Source of the DNA: Bacteroidota bacterium
GTDB lineage: Bacteria; Bacteroidota; Bacteroidia; JABDFU01
DNA length: 64,000 nt
NCBI GenBank assembly: GCA_013286385.1
Contig: JABDFU010000004.1
Coordinates: forward strand, 3,025-67,024
Direction of reading: 5' to 3'
Part shown: in pieces, positions 18,380-31,762 of the stretch
Position numbering within the stretch: position 1 is the first letter of the stretch
Layout of the letters: every line of letters starts with the position of its first letter
Program-made: the position numbers and the translations under genes
The notes under the pieces: model-generated
Database searches by the model: none
What the model was told of the DNA's origin: nothing
What the model saw: the letters and a program-made list of their open reading frames with translations, nothing else

Positions 18380-18402
18380 CGGTTCAGGATTCCTCTTTGA
18401 GT
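18330..18402 (+). pseudogene. tRNA-Gly(GCC) pseudogene (intact 5' 49 nt, broken T and acceptor stems)
   Basis: tRNA-like through AAGGTCG; the following GCGGTTCAGGATTCCTCTTTGAG cannot pair properly with GCGGAAG or form a T stem. Confidence 0.8.
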
Positions 18403-18528
18403 CCGGCTGACTTTACAATATCAAAAGAATCCTCCCCCTTCTACCCTCTTCAATATTACAGAAAGTGATTTTACAAAATCAATCCCACTTATTTACTACT
18501 TTTGGGCCTCTTAAAAAAAACAAAAAAC

Positions 18529-22283
<3,755 letters not shown>

Positions 22284-22287
22284 ATCA

Positions 22288-23037
22288 TTGACTCCTTCTG
22301 AATCATCTACTCCTGTGGAAACCCGCCTGAATAAATTCATCAGCGAAACCGGATTCTGCTCCAGAAGAGGGGCGGACAAATTAATCGAGGAAGGAAGGGT
22401 GCTTGTCAACGGGCGACAACCTGAACTGGGTACCAAAGTTACAAGTGCAGACAACATAAGCATTGATGGCAAGCCCTTGATTCAGAAAAAACAGAGGATT
22501 TACCTCGTCTTCAATAAACCTGCCGGTATTACCTGTACGACAGAGCTGCACGTGAAAGACAATATCATCAGCTTTATCAATCATCCCGAACGGATATTTC
22601 CCATCGGCAGACTGGACAAGCCTTCTGAAGGGCTGATTTTCCTGACCAATGACGGAGATATCGTCAACAAAATACTCCGGGCAGGAAACAATCACGAAAA
22701 AGAATACCTGGTTACCGTTGACAAGACAATAGATCAGCACTTTCTGGAACAAATGGCCAGCGGTGTCCGGATACTGGACACGGTTACAAAAAAATGCCGG
22801 ATCACAAAAGAAGGCGATTGCCGTTTCAGAATTATTCTGACCCAGGGTCTGAACCGTCAAATCAGACGGATGTGCGAGGCTTTGGGATATTCTGTTTTAC
22901 GGCTGAAACGAATTCGCATAATGAATATAGACCTTACTGGCATTGCCCCCGGAAGCTGGAGACACTTCCGTGAAGCCGAAATGAGTGAAATGAATGCATT
23001 GATTGCTTCATCGGTTAAAACAGAAGATGCAGGGTAA
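22288..23037 (+). CDS. rluF: 23S rRNA pseudouridine(2604) synthase
   Basis: S4 domain RLNKFISETGFCSRR; catalytic GRLD; GNNHEKEY; LTQGLNRQIRRM. Confidence 0.88.
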   Translation: MTPSESSTPVETRLNKFISETGFCSRRGADKLIEEGRVLVNGRQPELGTKVTSADNISIDGKPLIQKKQRIYLVFNKPAGITCTTELHVKDNIISFINHPERIFPIGRLDKPSEGLIFLTNDGDIVNKILRAGNNHEKEYLVTVDKTIDQHFLEQMASGVRILDTVTKKCRITKEGDCRFRIILTQGLNRQIRRMCEALGYSVLRLKRIRIMNIDLTGIAPGSWRHFREAEMSEMNALIASSVKTEDAG

Positions 23038-23093
23038 CCGTTCTATTTGTGTACCTTTGGTGTTCAGCGATTCGCTTATTTATAAATTAATAG

Positions 23094-24284
23094 TTGCCAA
23101 AATTGACCTTTAACGATTTTCATTTTGAAAAAGATCTGATGGAAGGCCTGGATTCCATGGGCTTCAGCAAGCCGACTCCCATTCAGGAACAAGCCATTCC
23201 GGTTATCATGAATAACCGGGACATTATAGCCTGTGCACAGACCGGAACCGGAAAAACAGCAGCTTATCTGTTACCGATCATCAATAAATTGTCCAAAAAA
23301 CCCTCTGATTTTGTCAATACACTGATCATTGCCCCTACCCGGGAACTGGCTATTCAGATTGATGAAGCCTTGCAGGGTTTCGCTTATTTTGCCCCGGTAA
23401 GCTGCATTGCTATTTACGGGGGAAATGACGGTTTTTCATTTGAACAGGAGAAAAAAGCACTTACCCAGGGAGCGAATATAATTGTTGCAACTCCGGGAAG
23501 ACTTATTTCTCACCTGAATATGGGCTACGTAAAAATGCAACACCTCGAACACCTTATTCTGGATGAAGCAGACCGTATGCTGGACATGGGTTTCAGCCTC
23601 GATATCAATAAAATTATCGGATTTCTTCCCAAACAGCGTCAGACTCTGCTTTTTTCGGCAACAATGCCTCCGAAAATCAGAACGCTGGCCAAACATATTC
23701 TGGTCAGCCCTGAACAGATTAACATTTCTCTTTCAAAACCTGCAGAAGGCGTTTTACAGGGAGCCTATGTCGTTTACAACTCCCAAAAACAAGAGTTGCT
23801 GAAAGGATTACTTAAAGGGAAAGACCTGGCCAGCATTATTGTTTTTTCCTCCACCAAGGACAATGTAAAACAGCTGGAGCGGGAATTGCTGAAACTTAAA
23901 TTTAATGTATCCGCAATACACTCAGACCTCGAACAGGAAAAGCGAAACGAAGTGCTGAGGGATTTTAAAAACAGAAAAATACAAACCCTGGTAGCTACCG
24001 ATATATTATCCAGAGGAATTGATGTAGACTCTATAGGATTGGTTGTCAATTACGACGTACCCGGGGATGCAGAAGATTATATACACCGGGTCGGAAGAAC
24101 TGCCCGCGCTGAATCAACCGGAATCGCGCTTACGTTTATCAACCCTGAAGATCAGCGCAAGTTTAAAAAGATCGAAGAACTAATCGGTTCAGAGGTGAAA
24201 AAATTGCCTTTGCCTGAAGGTATGGGACCGGGACCTGAATACAATCCGGAAAAAAACGAAGGAAAGCCCCGCAAACGCTATTAA
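23094..24284 (+). CDS. DEAD-box RNA helicase
   Basis: Q motif, AQTGTGKT, PTREL, DEAD, SAT, HRVGRTAR. Confidence 0.95.
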   Translation: MPKLTFNDFHFEKDLMEGLDSMGFSKPTPIQEQAIPVIMNNRDIIACAQTGTGKTAAYLLPIINKLSKKPSDFVNTLIIAPTRELAIQIDEALQGFAYFAPVSCIAIYGGNDGFSFEQEKKALTQGANIIVATPGRLISHLNMGYVKMQHLEHLILDEADRMLDMGFSLDINKIIGFLPKQRQTLLFSATMPPKIRTLAKHILVSPEQINISLSKPAEGVLQGAYVVYNSQKQELLKGLLKGKDLASIIVFSSTKDNVKQLERELLKLKFNVSAIHSDLEQEKRNEVLRDFKNRKIQTLVATDILSRGIDVDSIGLVVNYDVPGDAEDYIHRVGRTARAESTGIALTFINPEDQRKFKKIEELIGSEVKKLPLPEGMGPGPEYNPEKNEGKPRKRY

Positions 24285-24299
24285 TTTACCTTCCCGGCG

Positions 24300-26531
24300 T
24301 TATTGAGCTTCTGAATTAAATTCAGCTTCGGTTATTGGCACATCATCTTTGAAATAGAAAATCTGCCCCCAGGCCCATGTACTCTTTCTGTAAATTGCGG
24401 CATTGCTCCCCTTCACTACATAAAGCTTTACAATTTTACAATTTCCCTCCTGAGACTTTTCCTCGGTAACGCCCTGAGGATATTTAGACACGAGGGCATT
24501 GACGTATTGCTTTTTTACCTCCGGATCAGCATCCTTTGCAGGAGCAACAATGGCTGTTGATTTGGTGGCAGGAGTAACCTTAGCCGGGACGACTACAGCA
24601 GGTTTTGTTGCAGCAACAGTTTTTTCTTTGGCCAAGAGATCATTGATAACGGTAATTTTATCCTTTGGGTATTTTTCATCAGGCATAAGCGTCAGAGCTT
24701 CCTGATAAATCGGCTTCGCCGATTTGTATTGTTTTAACAAAAACTGCTTATCAGCATTCTCAATCAAACCTTTGTATTTCTCTTTTTTAGCCATTTCAGC
24801 GTCTCTTGCTGCCTTATCAGCGGCAAGTTTATCCGCCATTTCTTTGTCTTTCGCTGCTTTATCAGCGGCAGCCTGCTCTTCTATTTTTTTTATCTCAGCA
24901 AGCCTGTCTTTCGGTAGTTGTTCGGCTGGTTTTATGCTTAGCGCCTCATTATATCCGGCTTTTGCAGACGGATAGTCTTTTGAATCAAAGAATTTATTTG
25001 CCTTGGTAATAGCCAAAACATATTTGTCGTTAATTTCTTTTTCCCTGGCGGCCTTTTCTGCTTCTGTAGCATTCTTATTTGCAATATCGGTAAGGATTTT
25101 TTCTATTTCAACCAACTTGTTCCTGGGATACGCTTCCTCCGTTTTTATCCCTGCAGCCTCATTGTAGGCTGCTTTTGCTACGAGGTAATCCTTTGCAGCA
25201 AAGCCTTTGTCACCTTTCACAATGGCTGCATTGTATTTATCATTGAGTTCTTTTTCTTTTGCGGCCTTATCAGCTGCAAGTTTATCTGCGGCCGTTTTAT
25301 CGGCAGCAGCTTTTGCTGCTTTATCTGCCGCAAGTTTATCCGCAGCTGTTTTATCCGCAGCAGCCTTTTCTGCTGCAAGTTTATCCGCGGCGGCCTTATC
25401 TGCTGCAAGTTTATCTGCGGCTGCTTTATCGGCAGCAGCTTTTTCAGCTGCAAGTTTATCCGCAGCCGCTTTATCGGCAGCAGCCTTTTCTGCCGCAAGT
25501 TTGTCCGCAGCGGCCTTATCAGCTGCAAGTTTATCTGCGGCCATTTTATCGGCAGCAGCCTTTTCTGCCGCAAGTTTATCCGCGGCGGCCTTATCAGCTG
25601 CAGCTTTTGCTGCTTTCTCTGCCGCAAGTTTGTCCGCAGCGGCCTTATCAGCTGCAAGTTTATCTGCGGCCATTTTATCGGCAGCAGCCTTTTCTGCCGC
25701 AAGTTTATCCGCGGCGGCCTTATCAGCTGCAGCTTTTGCTGCTTTCTCTGCCGCAAGTTTGTCCGCAGCCACTTTATCTGCTGCTGCTTTATCGGCAGCA
25801 GCCTTTTCTGCTGCAAGTTTATCCGCGGCGACCTTATCTGCTGCTGCTTTTGCTGCTTTCTCTGCCGCAAGTTTGTCCGCAGCCGCTTTATCTGCTGCTG
25901 CTTTGTCGGCAGCAGCTTTTGCTGCAGCGGCCTGACTTGCTGCATTCGCATCCGCAGTAGCCTTGTTTTTGTCCTCCTCCAACTTCTTCTTGTCCTCTTC
26001 TTCTGCCTTCTTCTGAACCACTGATAATTTTTCCAGTTTACTTCTCATAGACTGGGTATAACTCTCATCATAATTGAAATCGTTCTCTGAACTCTGATAC
26101 GAAAACTTGGCAATGGGTTGACTCAGAATCGCATTTAATTCATTAACATCGACCCCTTTGGGTATTTCAAATAGGACAATTTCAGAAAGATCAACTCCTC
26201 CGAAGCCTTTTTTTCCTCTCGAATCAGGAACATTTTGGGTATTAAAACTGAAAATTTTGGTAATGTGATTCGCCTTGGTAACAGTAATAGTATAATTCGC
26301 ATTGGGATCCAGAACGAAGTCAAATTTTCCATTACTGGTGGTAATGGTTTGTTTAACCTGAACGCCGTCTTTTATTAAGCTGACAACCGCGCCGTCCATT
26401 TTTTTGCCTCCTTTGGTAACCCTTCCGCTAACCGGAAAGTTCCAGGTCTGGGTTTGGGCCATGACCTGAAATCCCAATAGTAAAATCAGGGGTAATAGAA
26501 TTACCTTACGTATTTGTATCGCTTTTATCAA
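24300..26531 (-). CDS. Secreted TolA-like helical protein: carboxypeptidase-regulatory-like domain, AA(D/E)Kx repeats, TPR-like repeats, conserved C-terminal domain
   Basis: Signal peptide; over 200 aa of AADKL/AAEKA repeats; KDYxxAKxxYxEA repeats. Confidence 0.8.
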   Translation of the reverse strand: MIKAIQIRKVILLPLILLLGFQVMAQTQTWNFPVSGRVTKGGKKMDGAVVSLIKDGVQVKQTITTSNGKFDFVLDPNANYTITVTKANHITKIFSFNTQNVPDSRGKKGFGGVDLSEIVLFEIPKGVDVNELNAILSQPIAKFSYQSSENDFNYDESYTQSMRSKLEKLSVVQKKAEEEDKKKLEEDKNKATADANAASQAAAAKAAADKAAADKAAADKLAAEKAAKAAADKVAADKLAAEKAAADKAAADKVAADKLAAEKAAKAAADKAAADKLAAEKAAADKMAADKLAADKAAADKLAAEKAAKAAADKAAADKLAAEKAAADKMAADKLAADKAAADKLAAEKAAADKAAADKLAAEKAAADKAAADKLAADKAAADKLAAEKAAADKTAADKLAADKAAKAAADKTAADKLAADKAAKEKELNDKYNAAIVKGDKGFAAKDYLVAKAAYNEAAGIKTEEAYPRNKLVEIEKILTDIANKNATEAEKAAREKEINDKYVLAITKANKFFDSKDYPSAKAGYNEALSIKPAEQLPKDRLAEIKKIEEQAAADKAAKDKEMADKLAADKAARDAEMAKKEKYKGLIENADKQFLLKQYKSAKPIYQEALTLMPDEKYPKDKITVINDLLAKEKTVAATKPAVVVPAKVTPATKSTAIVAPAKDADPEVKKQYVNALVSKYPQGVTEEKSQEGNCKIVKLYVVKGSNAAIYRKSTWAWGQIFYFKDDVPITEAEFNSEAQ
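25258..25930 (-). repeat. Coding 15-bp minisatellite containing an exact 129-bp tandem duplication
   Basis: 25489-25617 equals 25618-25746, plus a partial third copy to 25769. Confidence 0.9.
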
Positions 26532-26599
26532 GTAGATCGCTTAATAGACCCTCTTACAAGGCAAATATCGATAAAAACAAAGCACAGTCTTTATACCTG

Positions 26600-27121
26600 C
26601 TAAAAAGTATTGGCAATTTCTTTTTTAATGTAATCAATTGCTAATGAGGTAGGTAAGGACTTAATCCGGGAGGAGGATTCGATGAGTAGTTGGGCCAGCT
26701 CTGATGCCGGGGCAGATTCCGGAATTTTAATGGCCGCAAGATTGACCAACTTTACAATTTCCTCCTTGGCATTTCTGACCATTTCCCAGGCGGCATTACT
26801 CATATATATCTGCTGAGAAAGGTTGTGCTCGAACTCTGAGCGTATGGTTGAAATTAACTCGGCGTGAAGCTGCCTGGAGCTGAGCGTGGGGCGGCTAAGC
26901 CTCAAAACCAGGCCTGAGGGTGAAATCCGTTCAAGAAACAAAACCACCCGTTCATAGGCCTGCAGGCGAATCGGTGTCGTCAATTCTTTAGAAGCTATTT
27001 TAAGATTTACCAGGCGTTTTTTGCTTTCATTGTCCAGGAAATTTTTAATCAGGTAAAAGGCGGTTAAAAAAACAACAATAGAAGGAATAATAATTTTCAG
27101 CAGTTCAATGAATGGATCCAT
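26600..27121 (-). CDS. Conserved Bacteroidota hypothetical membrane-anchored protein
   Basis: N-terminal TM; RLQAYERVVLFLERI and EFEHNLSQQIY motifs. Confidence 0.8.
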   Translation of the reverse strand: MDPFIELLKIIIPSIVVFLTAFYLIKNFLDNESKKRLVNLKIASKELTTPIRLQAYERVVLFLERISPSGLVLRLSRPTLSSRQLHAELISTIRSEFEHNLSQQIYMSNAAWEMVRNAKEEIVKLVNLAAIKIPESAPASELAQLLIESSSRIKSLPTSLAIDYIKKEIANTF

Positions 27122-27128
27122 GTTTTTT

Positions 27129-29219
27129 TTATTTTTCTAAAATTACAAATTCTGTCCTTCGGTTTTTCGAGCGCCCTTCTTCGGTGTCATTACTTGCCAC
27201 CGGCATTGTCTTTCCAAAACCTTTAAATCCCAGCAAGCGATCCTTTGAAATCCCCCTTTGCTGCAGAGCCTCTAAAACGGTGTAGGCGCGATCAGAGGAA
27301 AGAGCCAGATTATTCTGGTCATTGCCCACATTGTCTGTATGTCCACGAATCTCGACTTTGATTCCTGAATTTTCTTTCATGAATTCAACAAACTCTTCAA
27401 TTACGATCATTGATTCTTTTTTCAACTCCGCCGAATTTGTTTCGTAGTATATATTGTTCAGGGTATACGTTTGACCAATTGCAATTTCTTTGGTTTCCAG
27501 ATCAACCTTAACGGGTTTTCTGAATCCCGAATCATTCAGGGATACCAACTGAGAACTGAAAGCATAATCCTCCTTTTTAATCGTTAAAATAACATCTTTG
27601 GTTTTCTTCGTATTGACCATAACCGCATAGGTTCCATTGGAGGAATCCACTACTGCTTCAATACGCTCTTTTGTTGTGGCATCTTTCACTTCAATTTTCC
27701 CTCCCTCAATAGGGTTCCCCGAAGGATCTTTTATCCTCCCAACCAACAGTTCTACATTTTCAGGTCTTGCTTCCTTGTATAAATCAAATGAAAAAATATC
27801 CCATCCTCCGACTCCCCTGCCCTTCACTTTTGCTTTCTGATTGCTTGCAAAATAACCCAGGTTGCCGTCCGTACTGACAAAAAATCCAAGATCATCCCCG
27901 ACATCATTTATCGGATACCCAATGTTTACCGGCTCAGTCCATTCCTTCTTATCATTTTTACGGCTGTAAAAAATATCATATCCACCTAAACCCATGTGTC
28001 CGTCAGACGAAAAATACAAAGTTTCACTGTCGGAGTGCATAAAGGGGGACTTTTCGTTGCCCGACGTATTGATTACTGCACCCAGATTGACCGGAGGACT
28101 CCAATTTCCGGTTTTATCTCTTTCCGTTTTATACAAATCGGCTCCCCCGAATCCACCCTTGCGGTCGCTGGCAAAATAAAGCGTCTTGCCGTCTGCCGCA
28201 ATAGTAGGCTGTGAATCCCAGGCCACCGGGTCGTTTATCCCGGGAACCTTTTGAATGTCGCTCCAATCGTATCCGTTGAAATCTGAATAATAGATGTCGC
28301 AATTGGCCTGCACCCCTCCTTCGTCCTTACAAATGGTAAAATAAACATGCTTATTGTCTATCGAAAGTGAGGCTCCTCCTTCATTTTCACTTTTCTGATT
28401 AAAAGGGCTTTTCATAGGCTGACCCTGATCAAAATCTCCCGCCTTGTTTCTCTTGCTGTAACAGAAATATTCAGCCTCTGCATCGCTTTTCCAAACCCGG
28501 TCTTTTAGTTCCACCGGCATTTTTCGGGTAAACATCATCATCTGATTGTCCGGAGAAATGATCGGCAGGTATTCATCCCTGACCGTACAGATTCCTTTTA
28601 CCGGTATAGGATCGAAGGGCACCGGCTTTTTAAAAATCTCCGAATAAAATTTCGAATACTTGTACATTTCTTTGGCCTGGTAAATAAAGGCATCGTATTT
28701 TTCATTGAACTTATTATCGTCGTCATCACTGAAATCAATGTACTTTTTCAAATACACTTTTGCAGAATCGTAATTCTCTTCTTCGTAATAACTGAATCCG
28801 ACGTAATAGTAGGGATCTGAGTGGTACTTCGGACAAATCGAGATAACCTTCTTGAAATAGGGTACGGCCGGCTTAAACGGTTTATTGTCCAGAATCAGAG
28901 TCTTTATTTTCTCTGCTGCAAACATATAATTGGCCTCCACATAATCGGGCTCAAGGGCAAGGGAAGCTTCCAGAGCCTTCATCCGCTCCTCTTTTTTCAA
29001 CTGTTTTTTATTGCAGCCTTTCTCATATAGCTCCACAGCCTTTTTATCCTCCATCTCCTGGCAGGAAACAAGTTTTACCTCTCCTTTGTTCTTTTTTTTA
29101 GGCGGCGCTGGTGCGGATTGAGCAAAAGCAAATTCACTCAGCAGTCCCGATGCAACACTCAGCAATACCGAAGCAAAAAGAAAAAAAAGGCCCGACTTGA
29201 ATTTATTCACGATTTTCAA
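27129..29219 (-). CDS. OmpA-family protein with TPR and PD40 repeats (PorE-like)
   Basis: LYFASDR and LYFSSDGH.G.GGYDIF PD40 repeats; C-terminal GHTDNVG...NRRTEF. Confidence 0.9.
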   Translation of the reverse strand: MKIVNKFKSGLFFLFASVLLSVASGLLSEFAFAQSAPAPPKKKNKGEVKLVSCQEMEDKKAVELYEKGCNKKQLKKEERMKALEASLALEPDYVEANYMFAAEKIKTLILDNKPFKPAVPYFKKVISICPKYHSDPYYYVGFSYYEEENYDSAKVYLKKYIDFSDDDDNKFNEKYDAFIYQAKEMYKYSKFYSEIFKKPVPFDPIPVKGICTVRDEYLPIISPDNQMMMFTRKMPVELKDRVWKSDAEAEYFCYSKRNKAGDFDQGQPMKSPFNQKSENEGGASLSIDNKHVYFTICKDEGGVQANCDIYYSDFNGYDWSDIQKVPGINDPVAWDSQPTIAADGKTLYFASDRKGGFGGADLYKTERDKTGNWSPPVNLGAVINTSGNEKSPFMHSDSETLYFSSDGHMGLGGYDIFYSRKNDKKEWTEPVNIGYPINDVGDDLGFFVSTDGNLGYFASNQKAKVKGRGVGGWDIFSFDLYKEARPENVELLVGRIKDPSGNPIEGGKIEVKDATTKERIEAVVDSSNGTYAVMVNTKKTKDVILTIKKEDYAFSSQLVSLNDSGFRKPVKVDLETKEIAIGQTYTLNNIYYETNSAELKKESMIVIEEFVEFMKENSGIKVEIRGHTDNVGNDQNNLALSSDRAYTVLEALQQRGISKDRLLGFKGFGKTMPVASNDTEEGRSKNRRTEFVILEK

Positions 29220-29236
29220 TCCTTAATGCATGATGG

Positions 29237-30316
29237 TTACCTGGTATATGATCTGTTCCGCAGCACATGATCTGCCAACACCAGAGCAGCCATTGCTTCA
29301 ACAATCGGAACAGCCCTGGGAAGAACACAGGGATCGTGCCGGCCTTTACCGGCCAGATCGACCATTTTCATTGAAGCATTCAGGGTCTTTTGCTTTTTCA
29401 TAATTGTCGCAACCGGCTTAAAAGCAACTCTGAAATAGATATCCTCTCCATTGCTGATTCCTCCTTGTATGCCGCCTGAATGATTGGTAAGCGTACTTAC
29501 TTTTCCCTTTTTAAGTGTAAAAAGATCGTTGTGCTCTGAACCTTTCATGCTGACACCTTCAAATCCAGATCCGTATTCAAAACCTTTGACCGCATTGATA
29601 CTCAACATAGCCTTTCCAAGGTCGGCGTGCAGCTTGTCAAATACGGGTTCCCCCAGACCCACAGGTGTTCCCCGTATTACACAGGTAATCACTCCGCCTA
29701 TGCTGTCTCCTTCTTTTCGAACCTCTTCTATGTGTTTAATCATGAGACGGGCCGTTTCTGCATCCGGGCAACGAACCGGGTTTGTCTCTGCATCTGAAAG
29801 ACTAAGTTCGCTGTATAGCTTGCTGAGCTTTACAGCTCCAACCTGAGAAGTAAAGGCCTGAATCCGTATTCCTGATTTTTTCAGCAACAGTTTTGCGATA
29901 GCACCCGCCACTACTCTGGAAACAGTCTCCCTGGCTGAAGATCGCCCCCCTCCCCTCCAATCCCTTCGGCCATATTTGGCGTCATAGGTGTAATCGGCAT
30001 GAGAAGGACGGTAAACGTCTTTCAGGTGATCGTAATCTTTTGACTTGGAATCCTCGTTGGGTATGATAAAACCAATGGGCGTACCGGTGGTTTTCCCGTC
30101 CGTAATGCCCGACAAAAACTTAACCACGTCAGACTCCTTACGCTGACTGACCAGTTTTGACTGGCCAGGTCTTCGCCGGTCAAGCTCAGATTGAATAAAA
30201 TCCAGGTCCATCTCAAGGCCCGCAGGACAACCGTCCACTATTCCTCCCATTGCCTGGCCGTGCGACTCTCCAAAAGTGCTCAGACAAAATACGGTTCCAA
30301 AACTATTTCCTGCCAC
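29237..30316 (-). CDS. aroC: Chorismate synthase
   Basis: [30 protein letters not shown]. Confidence 0.97.
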   Translation of the reverse strand: MAGNSFGTVFCLSTFGESHGQAMGGIVDGCPAGLEMDLDFIQSELDRRRPGQSKLVSQRKESDVVKFLSGITDGKTTGTPIGFIIPNEDSKSKDYDHLKDVYRPSHADYTYDAKYGRRDWRGGGRSSARETVSRVVAGAIAKLLLKKSGIRIQAFTSQVGAVKLSKLYSELSLSDAETNPVRCPDAETARLMIKHIEEVRKEGDSIGGVITCVIRGTPVGLGEPVFDKLHADLGKAMLSINAVKGFEYGSGFEGVSMKGSEHNDLFTLKKGKVSTLTNHSGGIQGGISNGEDIYFRVAFKPVATIMKKQKTLNASMKMVDLAGKGRHDPCVLPRAVPIVEAMAALVLADHVLRNRSYTR

Positions 30317-30481
30317 GGCATAAAAGTACGGAATTTGAAACTTATACCAATTTCCCCGGCATTAACTGAAACCAAACAGTTTTACATTACTCACCTCTAC
30401 TATTTTGATATAAATGAGTTCATGAATGCTTCGCATTTCGTAAACTTGTCAAGTTTCAGTATATCTTTAGTGAATCGCAGA

Positions 30482-31762
30482 ATGAAGATTCTGATAAAAA
30501 ATATAGGCGTTTTGGTTCAAACGGAAGAGGCTTCAGGCGAAGGCTCTGGCAAGGGTTCTGGAGAAGGCTCAAGGCAAAAGGTCTGCGGAGCCCGGATGAG
30601 CGTACTTCCCTGCCTGAAAGACGCATGGATTGCCCTTGATTCGGGCCTTATAGCCGATTACGGGCCAATGGATAGCTTCCCCGGAATTTCAGACTGGTCG
30701 AACCTGAAGGTAATTGACGCTACTGGTAAGTGCGTTTTTCCAAGCTGGTGCGATTCCCATACCCATTTGGTTTATGCCGGCAGCAGGGAAAATGAATATT
30801 CAGACCGCCTGAAGGGTTTGTCTTATCAGGAAATCGCCATCAGGGGCGGTGGTATACTTAACTCCGCAGCATTGCTAAGAAAAACACCCGAAAAGGAGTT
30901 GTATGACTCAGCCATGCTCAGGATTAAAGAAGTTCTGCTTCAGGGAACAGGTGCCATTGAAATAAAAAGCGGGTACGGTCTCGACCTCGAAAGTGAACTG
31001 AAAATGCTCAGGGTAATAAAAAAAATAAAGGACACGAGTCCCCTGACCGTTAAGTCTACTTTTCTGGGTGCTCATGCCGTTCCTTCAGAGTTTAAAGGGA
31101 ATACTGCCGGATACCTGAATTACCTGATCGCCGAAATGCTTCCTGCCATTGCCTCAGAAGGACTTGCCGATTATTGCGATGTGTTCTGTGAAAAAAACTA
31201 TTTCAGCAAGGAAGAAACGCTGAAGGTTCTGGAGGCCGGTCTCAAACACGGCCTCAGGCCAAAGGTTCATGCCGAGCAATTGAGTCACAGCGGTGGCATT
31301 GAAGCAGGAGTTTGTTGTAATGCGATAAGCGTAGATCACCTTGAATTTGCCAGCGATAGTGATATTGAGTTCCTTAGGAATTCATCCACTATGCCAACTA
31401 TTCTGCCGGGAGCTCAGCTCTTCCTCCAGTTACCATCCGCACCGGTGCGAAAAATGATAGCAGCAGGACTTCCCCTGGCAATTGCCAGCGACTTCAATCC
31501 GGGAAGCTGCCCAAGCGGAAACATGAATTTAATGCTGGGACTGGGCTGCATGCTTTACAAGATGACTCCCGAAGAAGTTATTCATGCCGGCACCCTGAAT
31601 TCAGCCTATGCAATGGACCTTAGCTCCAGCCATGGCAGCATAGCCATCGGCAAAAAAGCAAATCTGTTTATTACCCGTGAAATCCCTGGCTACTCCTTCC
31701 TCCCCTATTCATTCGGAAGCAACCTGGTGGAAACCGTCATTCTCAACGGAGAAATTCAATGA
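30482..31762 (+). CDS. hutI: Imidazolonepropionase
   Basis: DSHTHLV, GGGILNS, EIKSGYGL, FLGAHA, DVFCE, SDFNPGS. Confidence 0.95.
   Translation: MKILIKNIGVLVQTEEASGEGSGKGSGEGSRQKVCGARMSVLPCLKDAWIALDSGLIADYGPMDSFPGISDWSNLKVIDATGKCVFPSWCDSHTHLVYAGSRENEYSDRLKGLSYQEIAIRGGGILNSAALLRKTPEKELYDSAMLRIKEVLLQGTGAIEIKSGYGLDLESELKMLRVIKKIKDTSPLTVKSTFLGAHAVPSEFKGNTAGYLNYLIAEMLPAIASEGLADYCDVFCEKNYFSKEETLKVLEAGLKHGLRPKVHAEQLSHSGGIEAGVCCNAISVDHLEFASDSDIEFLRNSSTMPTILPGAQLFLQLPSAPVRKMIAAGLPLAIASDFNPGSCPSGNMNLMLGLGCMLYKMTPEEVIHAGTLNSAYAMDLSSSHGSIAIGKKANLFITREIPGYSFLPYSFGSNLVETVILNGEIQ

Noticed and set aside
10257-18402. CRISPR array or classical integron
   Set aside because: The repeats are hundreds of bp long and kb apart; no cas or intI gene, and no convincing attC (RYYYAAC...GTTRRRY) pattern recognised.
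6731-18402. Diversity-generating retroelement or retron
   Set aside because: No reverse transcriptase domain is present, and differences between repeat copies are not adenine-specific.
25207-25960. Three long alternative-frame ORFs
   Set aside because: Artefacts of the stop-free 15-bp coding repeat.
30191-30481. Long N-terminal extensions in the ORF track (hutI, rluF, PorP, HlyD)
   Set aside because: They overlap neighbouring genes or promoters; downstream starts fit the family N-termini better.
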